A stretch of 64,000 bases of DNA from assembly GCA_049522915.1 (NCBI GenBank), contig JBEKNK010000001.1:4052-68051 (forward strand), in the 5' to 3' direction. The position numbers were made by a program, and so were the translations under genes. The notes below the pieces were generated by a model. That model made no database searches and was not told the origin of the DNA. It saw nothing but the letters and a program-made list of their open reading frames with translations. Each line of letters starts with the position of its first letter. The stretch's first letter is position 1. Shown piece after piece: positions 37,977 to 46,671 of this stretch. The DNA is from Solirubrobacteraceae bacterium (GTDB lineage: Bacteria; Actinomycetota; Thermoleophilia; Solirubrobacterales; Solirubrobacteraceae).

Positions 37977-39221
37977 GTGATGAGGATCGCCGGCCGGCCC
38001 ATGCCGGCGCAGCGGATGGCCGCGGTCGTATCGTTCGTGGCGATGTGTGTCGCCGCGGCGGCGCTCGCCCCGGCGGCTCGCAGCGCGACCGCGACAACCA
38101 CGTCGGTGGTCGTGATCGAGCGGGTGGCGAAGCCCGGCACCTACGCCGTGGTCCTGGACGTGACGGCTCCGATCGCCGCCGAGACGGTCAGCGTGTTCGT
38201 CGCCGGCGAGGCGGACAACGACATCTCGCTCTCCGCCGGGACCGGCATCATCCTCGCGTTCGAGCCGCGCGTGCGCGGGCGCAGGTTCAGGGTGCGAACG
38301 GTGAGCACCGGCGCGCCGGCCACCTTCAGCGTCGCGAGCTCGCTGCAGAGGAAGCAGAAGCTCGATCCACGGGTGTTCGAAAGCGGCTCGGGCAGCGAAA
38401 CCCCGAACGGCATCCCCACCGGTCCCACGGGTCCCACCGGGGCGACCGGCGCGACCGGGGCGACCGGCGCCGCCGCGGAGACGATCGTCAACCCGAAGAC
38501 CGGACCCTACAACCGCCTCGTCTGGGCGGATGAGTTCAACGGCCCCGCAGGGACTGCGCCGAACCCCAACAACTGGACCCCCGACGGCTACGGCGGCTGC
38601 GGCGGCGGCACGCTCTCGACGGACACGCTCAACACCGCCAACGCCGAGATCGACGGCCACGGGAACCTCGCGATCACCGCCGACGGCGGACCGAGCTACT
38701 ACTCGGCCCAGCTCGACGGCGCCGGCCACCTCTCGTTCGAGTACGGCGAGATCGAGGCTCGAATCAGGATTCCCTCCGGAAGCGGCCTGTGCTCGGCGTT
38801 CTGGCTGCTGGGCGACTCCTCGGCCCCCGGCTCCTGCTGGCCGACGTGCGGCGAGATCGACGTGATGGAGGCCATCTCGCCCACGCCCGACACCCTCTAC
38901 GCGACGCTCCACGGCCCCGTCACCGGGTCCGACAACTTCCAGCAGTGGCAGGGGCTGGTCGATTCGCCGACGCCGTTCAGCGACGGCTACCACACCTACG
39001 GACTGATCTGGCGGCCGAACCTGCTCACCTGGACCTTCGACGGGGTGCCCTACGCGGAGGCGACTCCGAACTCGCTGCCGCCCGGCGCCCAGTGGGTCTT
39101 CTCCGGCCACACCTTCCACATCATGCTCGACCTCGCCGTCGGCGGCTGGCCCGGAGCGCCCGCCGCCGGCGCGCCCTTCCCGCAGACGCTCGACGTCAAC
39201 TGGGTCCGGCTCTATGGGTGA
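37977..39221 (+). CDS. secreted glycoside hydrolase family 16 protein (paralogue 2) with collagen-like linker
   Basis: Signal peptide, N-terminal small domain and a GPTGPTGATGATGATG linker. GEIDVMEA catalytic strand. IMLDLAVGG. Confidence 0.8.
   Translation: MMRIAGRPMPAQRMAAVVSFVAMCVAAAALAPAARSATATTTSVVVIERVAKPGTYAVVLDVTAPIAAETVSVFVAGEADNDISLSAGTGIILAFEPRVRGRRFRVRTVSTGAPATFSVASSLQRKQKLDPRVFESGSGSETPNGIPTGPTGPTGATGATGATGAAAETIVNPKTGPYNRLVWADEFNGPAGTAPNPNNWTPDGYGGCGGGTLSTDTLNTANAEIDGHGNLAITADGGPSYYSAQLDGAGHLSFEYGEIEARIRIPSGSGLCSAFWLLGDSSAPGSCWPTCGEIDVMEAISPTPDTLYATLHGPVTGSDNFQQWQGLVDSPTPFSDGYHTYGLIWRPNLLTWTFDGVPYAEATPNSLPPGAQWVFSGHTFHIMLDLAVGGWPGAPAAGAPFPQTLDVNWVRLYG
38421..38468 (+). repeat. 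9-nt periodic Gly-X-Thr (collagen-like) coding repeat
   Basis: GGTCCCACG GGTCCCACC GGGGCGACC GGCGCGACC GGGGCGACC GGC, in frame within GH16 paralogue 2. Confidence 0.85.
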
Positions 39222-39261
39222 GCTTCGGCCCTTGGCCGAAGCTCATTGCGTTTTGTCGACA

Positions 39262-39640
39262 CGGGGCGGTTCGGGCGGCCGGGCCACAGGGACCGCCTGA
39301 CGCGCGGTTGTCGTTCAGCGGGCCGCGAGGCGAGCGCGGCAATGCTCGCGGTCGGTAACGTCGCCGTCGATGCGGGCGCAACAGCCTGACGGGCGGCCGC
39401 GGCTCAGCCAGCCGCGAGGCGAGCGTGGCGACGCGCGCGGCCGGGAACGCCGCCGGCGATGGGAGAACCGCCTGACGGGCGGCTGCGGTTCAGCCGGCCT
39501 CGCGGCGAGCGTGGCGATGCGCGCGGCCGGGAACGCCGCCGGCGATGGGAGAACCGCCTGACGGTAGGGTCCGGCTCAGCGGTCCGCGAGGCGAGCGCGG
39601 CGTGGGGCGGCGCGGACACCACCGTCGATGCCGAGAACTG
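39262..39640. repeat. intergenic tandem array, ~4.5 copies of an 86-89-bp unit
   Basis: Units start with GCCTGACG at 39295, 39384, 39470 and 39556. Copies 2 and 3 differ at about 6 of 86 positions by hand alignment. Each unit holds short GC hairpins (CCGCC-TGACG-GGCGG, and the CGCCGGCG palindrome). Confidence 0.85.
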
Positions 39641-39657
39641 CCCAACGGGCAGTTCTC
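39633..39657. terminator. perfect 11-bp stem, 3-nt loop hairpin between convergent genes
   Basis: GAGAACTGCCC-AAC-GGGCAGTTCTC sits 5 nt from the stop of the 39662-39940 ORF and at the end of the repeat array. No U-tract. Confidence 0.55.
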
Positions 39658-39661
39658 CTAT

Positions 39662-39940
39662 TCAGCGTGCGGCGACGCGGGCTTGGCGCAGACGGCCGAG
39701 CGGCGGGGCTTCGGCGGGCGCTTGCGGCGCGGCGGCGAGAGGCTGTGGCAGGTCGGAGCGCTCCATCCCCGCGGCCGCCTTGGCCAGCAGCTCGACGCGC
39801 ATGCCGCGCGGCAAGCCGGGGACGGAAACCACCTCGGCGGTGACGATCTCGTCGCCCTCCTCGATGACCTCGTAGACGGCCTCGCTGCCCAGCAGCTCCT
39901 GGCGCAGGAAGAGCGGATGCTCGAGCATTATGAAGGGCAT
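39662..39940 (-). CDS. hypothetical small protein
   Basis: 92 aa (MPFIMLEHPLFLRQELLGSEAVYEVIEEGDEIVTAEVVSVPGLPRGMRVELL...). The rest of the 276-aa track ORF looks non-coding. Confidence 0.3.
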   Translation of the reverse strand: MPFIMLEHPLFLRQELLGSEAVYEVIEEGDEIVTAEVVSVPGLPRGMRVELLAKAAAGMERSDLPQPLAAAPQAPAEAPPLGRLRQARVAAR

Positions 39941-40105
39941 ACCCGCATATCGGCGCTGAAAGCACCCGACCACAGCGTGCTCGACAGGCGTAGCGGAGAC
40001 GGGCTCGTTTCTGGACGTTCGTCGTATGCGGACAGGCAGATACGGTCCCCCGCCGACACTGATTGAATGCGAGCGGCGCGCGGCTGCCCGCGCCCGCGCC
40101 GACCT

Positions 40106-41647
40106 ATGGCCGTCGAACAGGACAAGAACGCGGCCATCCGCCGCCAGGTTGCCGTCGGCACCGCCGCCAACTACGCGGGTCGCCTGATCAATCTCGGCAT
40201 CTGGTTCGTGCTGACGCCGATCATCTTCAGCCACCTGAAGTCGACGAACTACGGGCTGTGGGCGCTCGTCGCGTCCTTCGTCGCCTACGGCAGCCTGGCT
40301 GACCTCGGTATCGCGCAGGCGGTCACCAAGTATGTGGCTGAGTATCGCGCGCGCGGCGACAACGAGATGGCCACGCAGCTGATCTCGACCGCCCTGTGGC
40401 TCTACTGCGGCCTCGCCGTGCTCGTCGTCGCGCTGTCGGCCGTCATCGCGCCGTTCGTCCCGCATGTCCTGAAGGTGCCGGCCAACGAGCACGCGACGAC
40501 GTCCTGGCTCGTGGTGATCACGGCCGTCGGCGTCGCGGTGCAGCTGCCGTCAAATTGCGCGATCGCGGTGCTGCGGGGCCTGAACCGCTACGACCTGATC
40601 AACGTGATCGGGACCCTCGCGATGCTGAATCTGGCGGGCGGCATCGTCGCGGTCCTGCTGCTCGGTGGCAAGGTGCTGCTGATCACCGGCATCGCCGTGC
40701 CCGTGACGCTGCTGTGGCTCGCCCCGACGATCTGGCTGATCCACCGCACGGCGCCGGAGCTGCACTTCGGCTTCCGCGGCGCGCAGCGCCGCCACGCCCG
40801 GCGTGTGATGCTGTTCAGCTCGGCGCTGTTCGGGATCCAGGTCGCCTCCGTGGTCAAGCTGCAGAGCGACGAGTTCGTGATCGGCGCGTCACTGCCTGTG
40901 CGGGCCGTTTCGCCCTACTCGATCGCCCGCAAGCTCAGCGGCCTGCCGGGGCAGCTGACCAGCCAGTTCGTCTTCGTGCTGTTGCCCCTGGCCAGCCGCA
41001 TGCACGCCGAGGGCGACGCCGCGATGCTGCGCGAGATCTACCTCTCGGGCATGCGCCTGACCCTCGCGCTGTTCGCGATCGTCGGCGGCGCGCTGATCAT
41101 CTTCGCCCATCCGTTTCTTGTGGCCTGGCTGCCGGCGGCCGCCTCGAGCACCGACATCGTCGTGCTGCTGACGATCGCGGCGCTGCTCGAAGCGATGATC
41201 TCGCCGGTCTCGCAGGCCCTGCAGGGGATGAGCCGCCACCAGCCGCTGGTCGTGTTCGCACTCGGTTCGGCGGCGCTCAACCTCGCCCTCTCGATCGCGC
41301 TGATCGGCCCGCTCGGGGTGCGCGGCGTCGCGATCGGCACGCTCGTCGCCACCGCCGTCGAGGCCGCGATCGTGCTGCCGTTCGGGGCGCGGGTGCTCGA
41401 CGTCCGCGCGGCCGACGTCGTGCGTCGCGTTCTGATCCCGGGGCTCGTGCCGCTGATCCCGACCGTGGCGGTGCTCGTTGCGATCCACTCGACGCTGGCG
41501 CCGGCGTCGATCCCGGCGATCGCCGCGGCGGGGCTGGCCGGCGCCTTCGTCTACAGCGTCGGCTACCTGGCACTCCCCGCGACCGCCGGCGAGCGGGCGC
41601 TCGCGCGCCGGCTGCTCGCGCTGGGCCGCGGCCTGCTCTCGCGCTGA
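40106..41647 (+). CDS. polysaccharide/oligosaccharide flippase (Wzx-like, MOP superfamily)
   Basis: 513 aa with ~12-14 TM helices. N-terminal NYAGRLINLGIWFVLTPIIFSHL...YGLWALV pattern typical of Wzx/polysaccharide biosynthesis proteins. Confidence 0.8.
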   Translation: MAVEQDKNAAIRRQVAVGTAANYAGRLINLGIWFVLTPIIFSHLKSTNYGLWALVASFVAYGSLADLGIAQAVTKYVAEYRARGDNEMATQLISTALWLYCGLAVLVVALSAVIAPFVPHVLKVPANEHATTSWLVVITAVGVAVQLPSNCAIAVLRGLNRYDLINVIGTLAMLNLAGGIVAVLLLGGKVLLITGIAVPVTLLWLAPTIWLIHRTAPELHFGFRGAQRRHARRVMLFSSALFGIQVASVVKLQSDEFVIGASLPVRAVSPYSIARKLSGLPGQLTSQFVFVLLPLASRMHAEGDAAMLREIYLSGMRLTLALFAIVGGALIIFAHPFLVAWLPAAASSTDIVVLLTIAALLEAMISPVSQALQGMSRHQPLVVFALGSAALNLALSIALIGPLGVRGVAIGTLVATAVEAAIVLPFGARVLDVRAADVVRRVLIPGLVPLIPTVAVLVAIHSTLAPASIPAIAAAGLAGAFVYSVGYLALPATAGERALARRLLALGRGLLSR

Positions 41648-41662
41648 GACGCGCCGGGCCGC

Positions 41663-42436
41663 TCAGCAGCGAACGGCCGAGATGTTCCAGTCGCGCAGGG
41701 CGACGCTGCGGTAGGTCACCGCGGGATCGGCCGTCGTGCTCAGCGACGCGTCGATCGCGGGCCTACCCGAGGCGACGGCGATGACGGTGCTCCAGCCGGC
41801 GCCGGGAGCGAGCGTGATCGGACCGAACCGGCGCGCCGGCCTTCCCGCCACGAGCACCGAAACCTCATAGCTGGTGACGTGCAGCTGCTCGTTGATCACC
41901 CCCACGCAGGCCGCGCTGCGACCGTTCGGGGCCGGCACCAACCACAGCGCGCTCGTCTCCTGGGTGCCCGTCGGCGCCCGCAGCGGCGTGAAGCCGAGCA
42001 CCGCGGCGCCGGCCAGCAACGCGACGGCGACGGCCGCCGCGGCGCCATCTGCGCGACGGATGCGCAGGCGTGGCATCGCGATCGGACGAGCCAGTCCCCT
42101 GGCGCTCCCCCACGCAGCGCCGGCCAGCGTCAGTACGGCGAGCAAGCCCATCCACGGCGCGGTCGTGAGCGAGATGCCGAGCAGATCGAGTAGCAGCCCT
42201 GCGAGGATCGTTGCCGCGATGCTGAAGGCAACCGACAGCGTGGCGATCTCCGCCCCGCGCAGATCATGCGAGCGGAACAGCGCGCTGGCGAGCACGTAGC
42301 CGGGCAGCGCGAGCACGAGCGGCAGGCAGAGCAGCGTTCGCAGCAGGGCCAGGCTCGATGGGAGCACCGCCGCGAAGACGAGCGCCGCGAGCGCGAGCGC
42401 CATCGCGAGTGCCAGATCGGTCCGAGGTCTCACCAC
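41663..42436 (-). CDS. DUF1616-like membrane protein
   Basis: N-terminal TM helices with LPGYVLASALF...ATLSVAFSIA...GLLLDLLGISL pattern, plus a C-terminal beta-rich exported domain. Overlaps the upstream gene stop (GTGGTGA). Confidence 0.55.
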   Translation of the reverse strand: MVRPRTDLALAMALALAALVFAAVLPSSLALLRTLLCLPLVLALPGYVLASALFRSHDLRGAEIATLSVAFSIAATILAGLLLDLLGISLTTAPWMGLLAVLTLAGAAWGSARGLARPIAMPRLRIRRADGAAAAVAVALLAGAAVLGFTPLRAPTGTQETSALWLVPAPNGRSAACVGVINEQLHVTSYEVSVLVAGRPARRFGPITLAPGAGWSTVIAVASGRPAIDASLSTTADPAVTYRSVALRDWNISAVRC

Positions 42437-44262
42437 AGCCCGCGCACTCCGTAGATCACGAGGTTGCCGCCGTCGTACAGGCGGTTGGAGCCGGCGACGT
42501 TGAACTTCGAGTCCGTCGAGGCGGGCGCGAGCGACGGCGGCCCGACGTCGAAGTAGAAGCCGAACAGGTTGTCGCTGCTGATGTTCCGCCTGTCGCTGAC
42601 CACCAGCGTCGTGTGGTAGGAGCGCAGCAGCCTGCGCATCGCCGGTGTCAGCGTCCTTGCGTCGAGCAGATCATCGACGTCGGGGGCGAAGTTGCCCGTC
42701 AGCGAGGCCTGCAGCGCGAGCGTGAGGAAGAAGCGAGCGTCGGCGTCCTGCGCGAACACGTCCTGGGAGCGACCCAGCGTGCGGCCGCTCCACTGCGCCG
42801 CAACGACCGCCGGCGCGTCCAGGGTGCGACCGTCGACCGCGATCCGTTGGGGCTGGGCCAGGCGCTCGTTGGCGGGCCATCCGGCGATCACGCCGGAGCC
42901 GAACACGATCGCCACCGCAGCGCCGACGAGCAACCGCCCCCGCAGTGGACGCCGCTTGCCGCGCTCCAACATCCAGACCAGGCCCAGCGCCACCGTCAGG
43001 CCGACGCCGACGAAGAGAAAGTCGCCGGCCCGGCTGACCGTCTCCCACGCGTCTGGCACGAAGCGCAGCGGCAGCGTGCCGAGGTAGACGAACGCGCACA
43101 GCACGAGCAGCACCATCAGCGGGTTGCGCCAGCGTTGCTGCCACACCAGACGGACCCCCACGAGCACCCCGAGCCCGAGCAGGACGATCCCGCTCAGCGC
43201 GATGACGATCTCGGCCGGCGGCGTCACCTCGCCCCCGCCCTGGTTCGCGAACAGCGTGCGCGTCGGGGTCTCGCGGGCGAGGGTCTGGATCACCTGCTTC
43301 ACCGCGCTGGTGAGCACGGGACTGAGGTAACCGACGGTCCCCCCGGCAGCGATCGCCAGCCAGATGATCGTGAACAAGGCTGCGGCCCCCGCCAGCAGCC
43401 ACGGCGCTCCGGTGCGGCCGTGCAGACGCCAGTGAATCAGGCACACGCCGACCAGGAAGGCGACGAGCACGTAGGCCGAGACGTGGTGGGTGACGACGAC
43501 CGCGGCGGCAACGACCGCGAAGGCGACCTCCCACGGCCGTCGAAACTCGGGCCGGCGCTCCTGAGCCCAGCGGATCGTCACCAGCAGCGCCACGGTCGCC
43601 AGCGGCAGCGCGAGTGACTCGTATGCGAATTGGGCGGACCAGAAGAGGAAGTTCGGTGTGGCCGCATAGATCAGCGCACCGAGTCCCGCCGCGCGCTCCG
43701 AGCCACCGAGGCGCGCGTAGAGTAGGTAGAGCGCGAGCATCATCACCAGCCGACCGGCGGCGACGGTCGTCAGGCCCGCGGCGAACGGCGACATCCCGGC
43801 TGCCCGAGCGATCAACGCCGCGACCAGCTCGAGGCCGGGGTAGCGGGGGGTGATCGGGAGGATCGGGTTGGAGCCGAACAGCCGCCCTGTGGAGAGGATC
43901 GTCTGGAGGTTGTAGAGGTGAGGGAACTCGTCGCCGTAGGTGAAGGCGAACGGGTCGCGCAGCACCTTGACGGCATAGAGCGCCATACCCACGAGCACGA
44001 CTGTGGCCAGACGCTCCCCGGGCCGCACGCGAGCGCCGGCGAGGCGCACACCCGCCGGGAAGATGATCAGGATCATCGCCAGCCAGAACAGCAGCGAGGC
44101 GCCCCGATGTCCGGTCCGCGAGAGCGCATCGGCGCCGCTGACCACCATCACGCCGGCGGCCACCGAGAGGAAGATCCACGGCAGGCGGCCGAGCGGCGAG
44201 GACTGCTTCGCGGGTTCAGCCGGCGCGGCCGGCTGCGCGGGTGTGGCGACGAGGAGGGTCAT
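42430..44262 (-). CDS. large polytopic membrane protein (GT-C / polymerase-like) with C-terminal exported domain
   Basis: 610 aa from ATG 44262. About 13 TM helices followed by a ~200-aa soluble C-terminal domain. No family firmly recognised. Confidence 0.5.
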   Translation of the reverse strand: MTLLVATPAQPAAPAEPAKQSSPLGRLPWIFLSVAAGVMVVSGADALSRTGHRGASLLFWLAMILIIFPAGVRLAGARVRPGERLATVVLVGMALYAVKVLRDPFAFTYGDEFPHLYNLQTILSTGRLFGSNPILPITPRYPGLELVAALIARAAGMSPFAAGLTTVAAGRLVMMLALYLLYARLGGSERAAGLGALIYAATPNFLFWSAQFAYESLALPLATVALLVTIRWAQERRPEFRRPWEVAFAVVAAAVVVTHHVSAYVLVAFLVGVCLIHWRLHGRTGAPWLLAGAAALFTIIWLAIAAGGTVGYLSPVLTSAVKQVIQTLARETPTRTLFANQGGGEVTPPAEIVIALSGIVLLGLGVLVGVRLVWQQRWRNPLMVLLVLCAFVYLGTLPLRFVPDAWETVSRAGDFLFVGVGLTVALGLVWMLERGKRRPLRGRLLVGAAVAIVFGSGVIAGWPANERLAQPQRIAVDGRTLDAPAVVAAQWSGRTLGRSQDVFAQDADARFFLTLALQASLTGNFAPDVDDLLDARTLTPAMRRLLRSYHTTLVVSDRRNISSDNLFGFYFDVGPPSLAPASTDSKFNVAGSNRLYDGGNLVIYGVRGLW

Positions 44263-44272
44263 GGACGGCGCC

Positions 44273-45502
44273 TCAACGCCCGGCGAGGCTAGCTCTCCGG
44301 CTCGCGAGGGCTCGCTCGTAGGCAGCTTCGTAGCGGGGGACGACCGCCGGCGCGCTGAAGGCCTCGACGCGCGACCGCGCACCCGCGCCGAGGCGCTCAC
44401 GAAGCGCCGGATCGCCGATCAGCCGATCGAGGGCGCCGGCCAGCTCACCAGCGTCACCCGGCGTGACGAGGAGTCCGCTCTCCCCGTCGATGACGGCCTC
44501 GGGCAGCCCGCCGATCCGCGAGACCACGACCGCCGTGCCTGCGGCCATCGCCTCGAGCGCCACGGTCGGGAACGGGTCGGGCCAGATCGACGGGACGACA
44601 CCGATCGCGCAGCGCCGCCAGGCGGCGAGCAGGGCGTCGTGGGGCAGCAGCCCGAGATTGATCACGTTGTCGCGCATCGGCAGCAGGTGCGGCTCGACCG
44701 GCCGGCCCGCCACGACAAGCGGTGCCGCGGTGCTCATTCGAGCGTGGGCGTCGAGCAGTACCCCGACTCCCTTATCGGTGGTGATGTCGCCGGCAAAAAG
44801 AATGAAAGGTTCATTGGGAAGCCAGCTCGCAAGCGCTGGATCGAACCCGGCCGTGGCGGCGTCCGAGGCCCTGAAGTTCGGCACCACCTCGTAGGGCAGA
44901 CGGCTCCCGGTGAGGCCGCAGCGCCGCGCGACGTCGTTGCTGACCGGCAGCAACAGGTCGGCCGCGCGCCGCTGCGCGGCGCCCGAGAGCATCGTCAGGA
45001 AGGCCACGGGCGGCCCGACGGCGCGGCCATAGTGCTCGCCAGCGCAGACCGCGCACTTCGCCAGGGCCGGACCGCTGCACGGGGCGCCCCTGCGCATCAG
45101 GCGCTTGGTCGCGCAGCGCAGGCTGTAGTCGTGCAGGCTCAGCACGTACGCGGCGGAAGAGCGCCGGCGCAACGGCAGGTATGCGTGCGCCAGCCAGTTG
45201 TGCGCGTGGAGGACATCCGGGCGTTCGCGGGCGATCACGCGCCGCAGCGCCAGCACCGTCTCGGGGTCCGGTGCCGGCGGCGCGTGACGTCGCCCCGGCT
45301 CGCTGAACAGGCTTCCGACGCGCTGCGCGAGCCCCGGCAGGCGGTGCACGCGAATCCCGTCGATCTCCTCGAGCGCCGCGAGACCGGGCTGGCGCAACGT
45401 CGCCACCGCGACCTCGTGGCCCCGCTGCGCGAGGGCAGCCGAGAGCGACTGCGTCATGCGCTCCTCGCCGCCGACGATCGGCGCGTAGAACTGGGCGAGC
45501 AT
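44273..45502 (-). CDS. glycosyltransferase family 4 (GT-B) with Cys-rich insert
   Basis: MLAQFYAPIVGGEE N-terminus and the E-x7-E region (PDPFPTVALEAMAAGTAVV). Insert C-x11-C-x7-C-x2-C. Confidence 0.85.
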   Translation of the reverse strand: MLAQFYAPIVGGEERMTQSLSAALAQRGHEVAVATLRQPGLAALEEIDGIRVHRLPGLAQRVGSLFSEPGRRHAPPAPDPETVLALRRVIARERPDVLHAHNWLAHAYLPLRRRSSAAYVLSLHDYSLRCATKRLMRRGAPCSGPALAKCAVCAGEHYGRAVGPPVAFLTMLSGAAQRRAADLLLPVSNDVARRCGLTGSRLPYEVVPNFRASDAATAGFDPALASWLPNEPFILFAGDITTDKGVGVLLDAHARMSTAAPLVVAGRPVEPHLLPMRDNVINLGLLPHDALLAAWRRCAIGVVPSIWPDPFPTVALEAMAAGTAVVVSRIGGLPEAVIDGESGLLVTPGDAGELAGALDRLIGDPALRERLGAGARSRVEAFSAPAVVPRYEAAYERALASRRASLAGR

Positions 45503-45510
45503 CAGGATTC

Positions 45511-46671
45511 TCAACGCCGCCCACCTGCCGCGCGACGGTAGCGCTCGAGCAGCGCCGCCGCACACTCGTCCCATGTCGGCAGCGAGAACGGCGCCCGCAC
45601 CAACGGGTCGCGCAGCTCGCGCAGGATCGCCTCGGCGACCGCCTGAGCGGGCATGTCCGCCTCGATCGCGCGCGCCAAACCGCGCTGCGCGAGCTCGCCG
45701 AGACCCGAGCCGGAAGCCACCAGGAGTGGGCGCCCCAGCGAGATCGCCTCGAGCGCCGCGATCGGGTGCGTCTCGTAGTCGCTGAGCAGGGCCACGAGAT
45801 CCACCTCCGAGAGCCGGCGCGCCATCTCGGCGCGGTCATCGGCGGAGACGGCGCTGATCTCGACCGCGGCGGCGATCCCGAGATCCGCGGCCAGACGCCG
45901 TAGCTCCGCCTCGTACGGGCCCGCCCCGGCCACCCACAGTCGGGCCCCGGGCTCGGCGTCGAGCACGTGCGCGAACGCCGCGATCACGCGGTGGTGGCCC
46001 TTGTATCGCTCCAGCCGCCCGACCGAGGCGATCAGCGGATGCGCGGCCGGCGCGCTGCCATTCAGCGCCTGCGCCGGCGGCGGAAGATCCACGCCATTCG
46101 GGATCAGCGCAAAACGCTGCACCGGGATCCGAAGCTCCGCCGAGTAGGTCTCGATCTCGAACGGGGCGAGCGCGACGAGCGTGGCGGCCCGAGTGAGCAA
46201 TGGGCGCAGCAGCGCCCGCTGGGCGCGGCGAGCCCGGTTGCGCATCGGCTGCGAATGCCCGCCGCCGTGAAAGGTGAGGAGATATGGAATGCGACGCCGT
46301 GCGGCTGCGGCCATCGCGATCGGCGCCACGAACGTGTGGTAGGACTGCACGTGGACGACGTCCCATCCGCCCTCGGCGATCACCGTCGCGATCCCCGGCG
46401 CGAACATCCAGTCGCGTCCACGCGGGTGGGCGGCGACACGTCGGATCTCCACGTCGCCGTCCGCATCGGCGCTCGCTCCGCTGCCGTCGCTGACGGTCGT
46501 GAGCACGGTCACGGACGCCTCGCCGCTGCGCGCCAATCGCGTCGCCACTTCATGAACGTGGCGCTCCACCCCACCGATCTCCGGCAGATACCGCGGGGTC
46601 ACCATCAGCACGTTCAGCCGATGGTCCTGCGGGCGCCGGAGCGCGCCGCCCTCCCCTGGCACCTCGGTCAT
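45511..46671 (-). CDS. glycosyltransferase family 4 (GT-B)
   Basis: VLMVTPRYLPEIGGVERHV N-terminus and ETHPIAALEAISLGRPLL C-terminal motif. ATG overlaps the upstream stop (ATGA). Confidence 0.85.
   Translation of the reverse strand: MTEVPGEGGALRRPQDHRLNVLMVTPRYLPEIGGVERHVHEVATRLARSGEASVTVLTTVSDGSGASADADGDVEIRRVAAHPRGRDWMFAPGIATVIAEGGWDVVHVQSYHTFVAPIAMAAAARRRIPYLLTFHGGGHSQPMRNRARRAQRALLRPLLTRAATLVALAPFEIETYSAELRIPVQRFALIPNGVDLPPPAQALNGSAPAAHPLIASVGRLERYKGHHRVIAAFAHVLDAEPGARLWVAGAGPYEAELRRLAADLGIAAAVEISAVSADDRAEMARRLSEVDLVALLSDYETHPIAALEAISLGRPLLVASGSGLGELAQRGLARAIEADMPAQAVAEAILRELRDPLVRAPFSLPTWDECAAALLERYRRAAGGRR

Noticed and set aside
39262-39640. Possible CRISPR array.
   Set aside because: The entire 86-89-bp unit is repeated, so there is no alternation of a conserved short repeat with unique spacers. 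No cas genes are present in the window.
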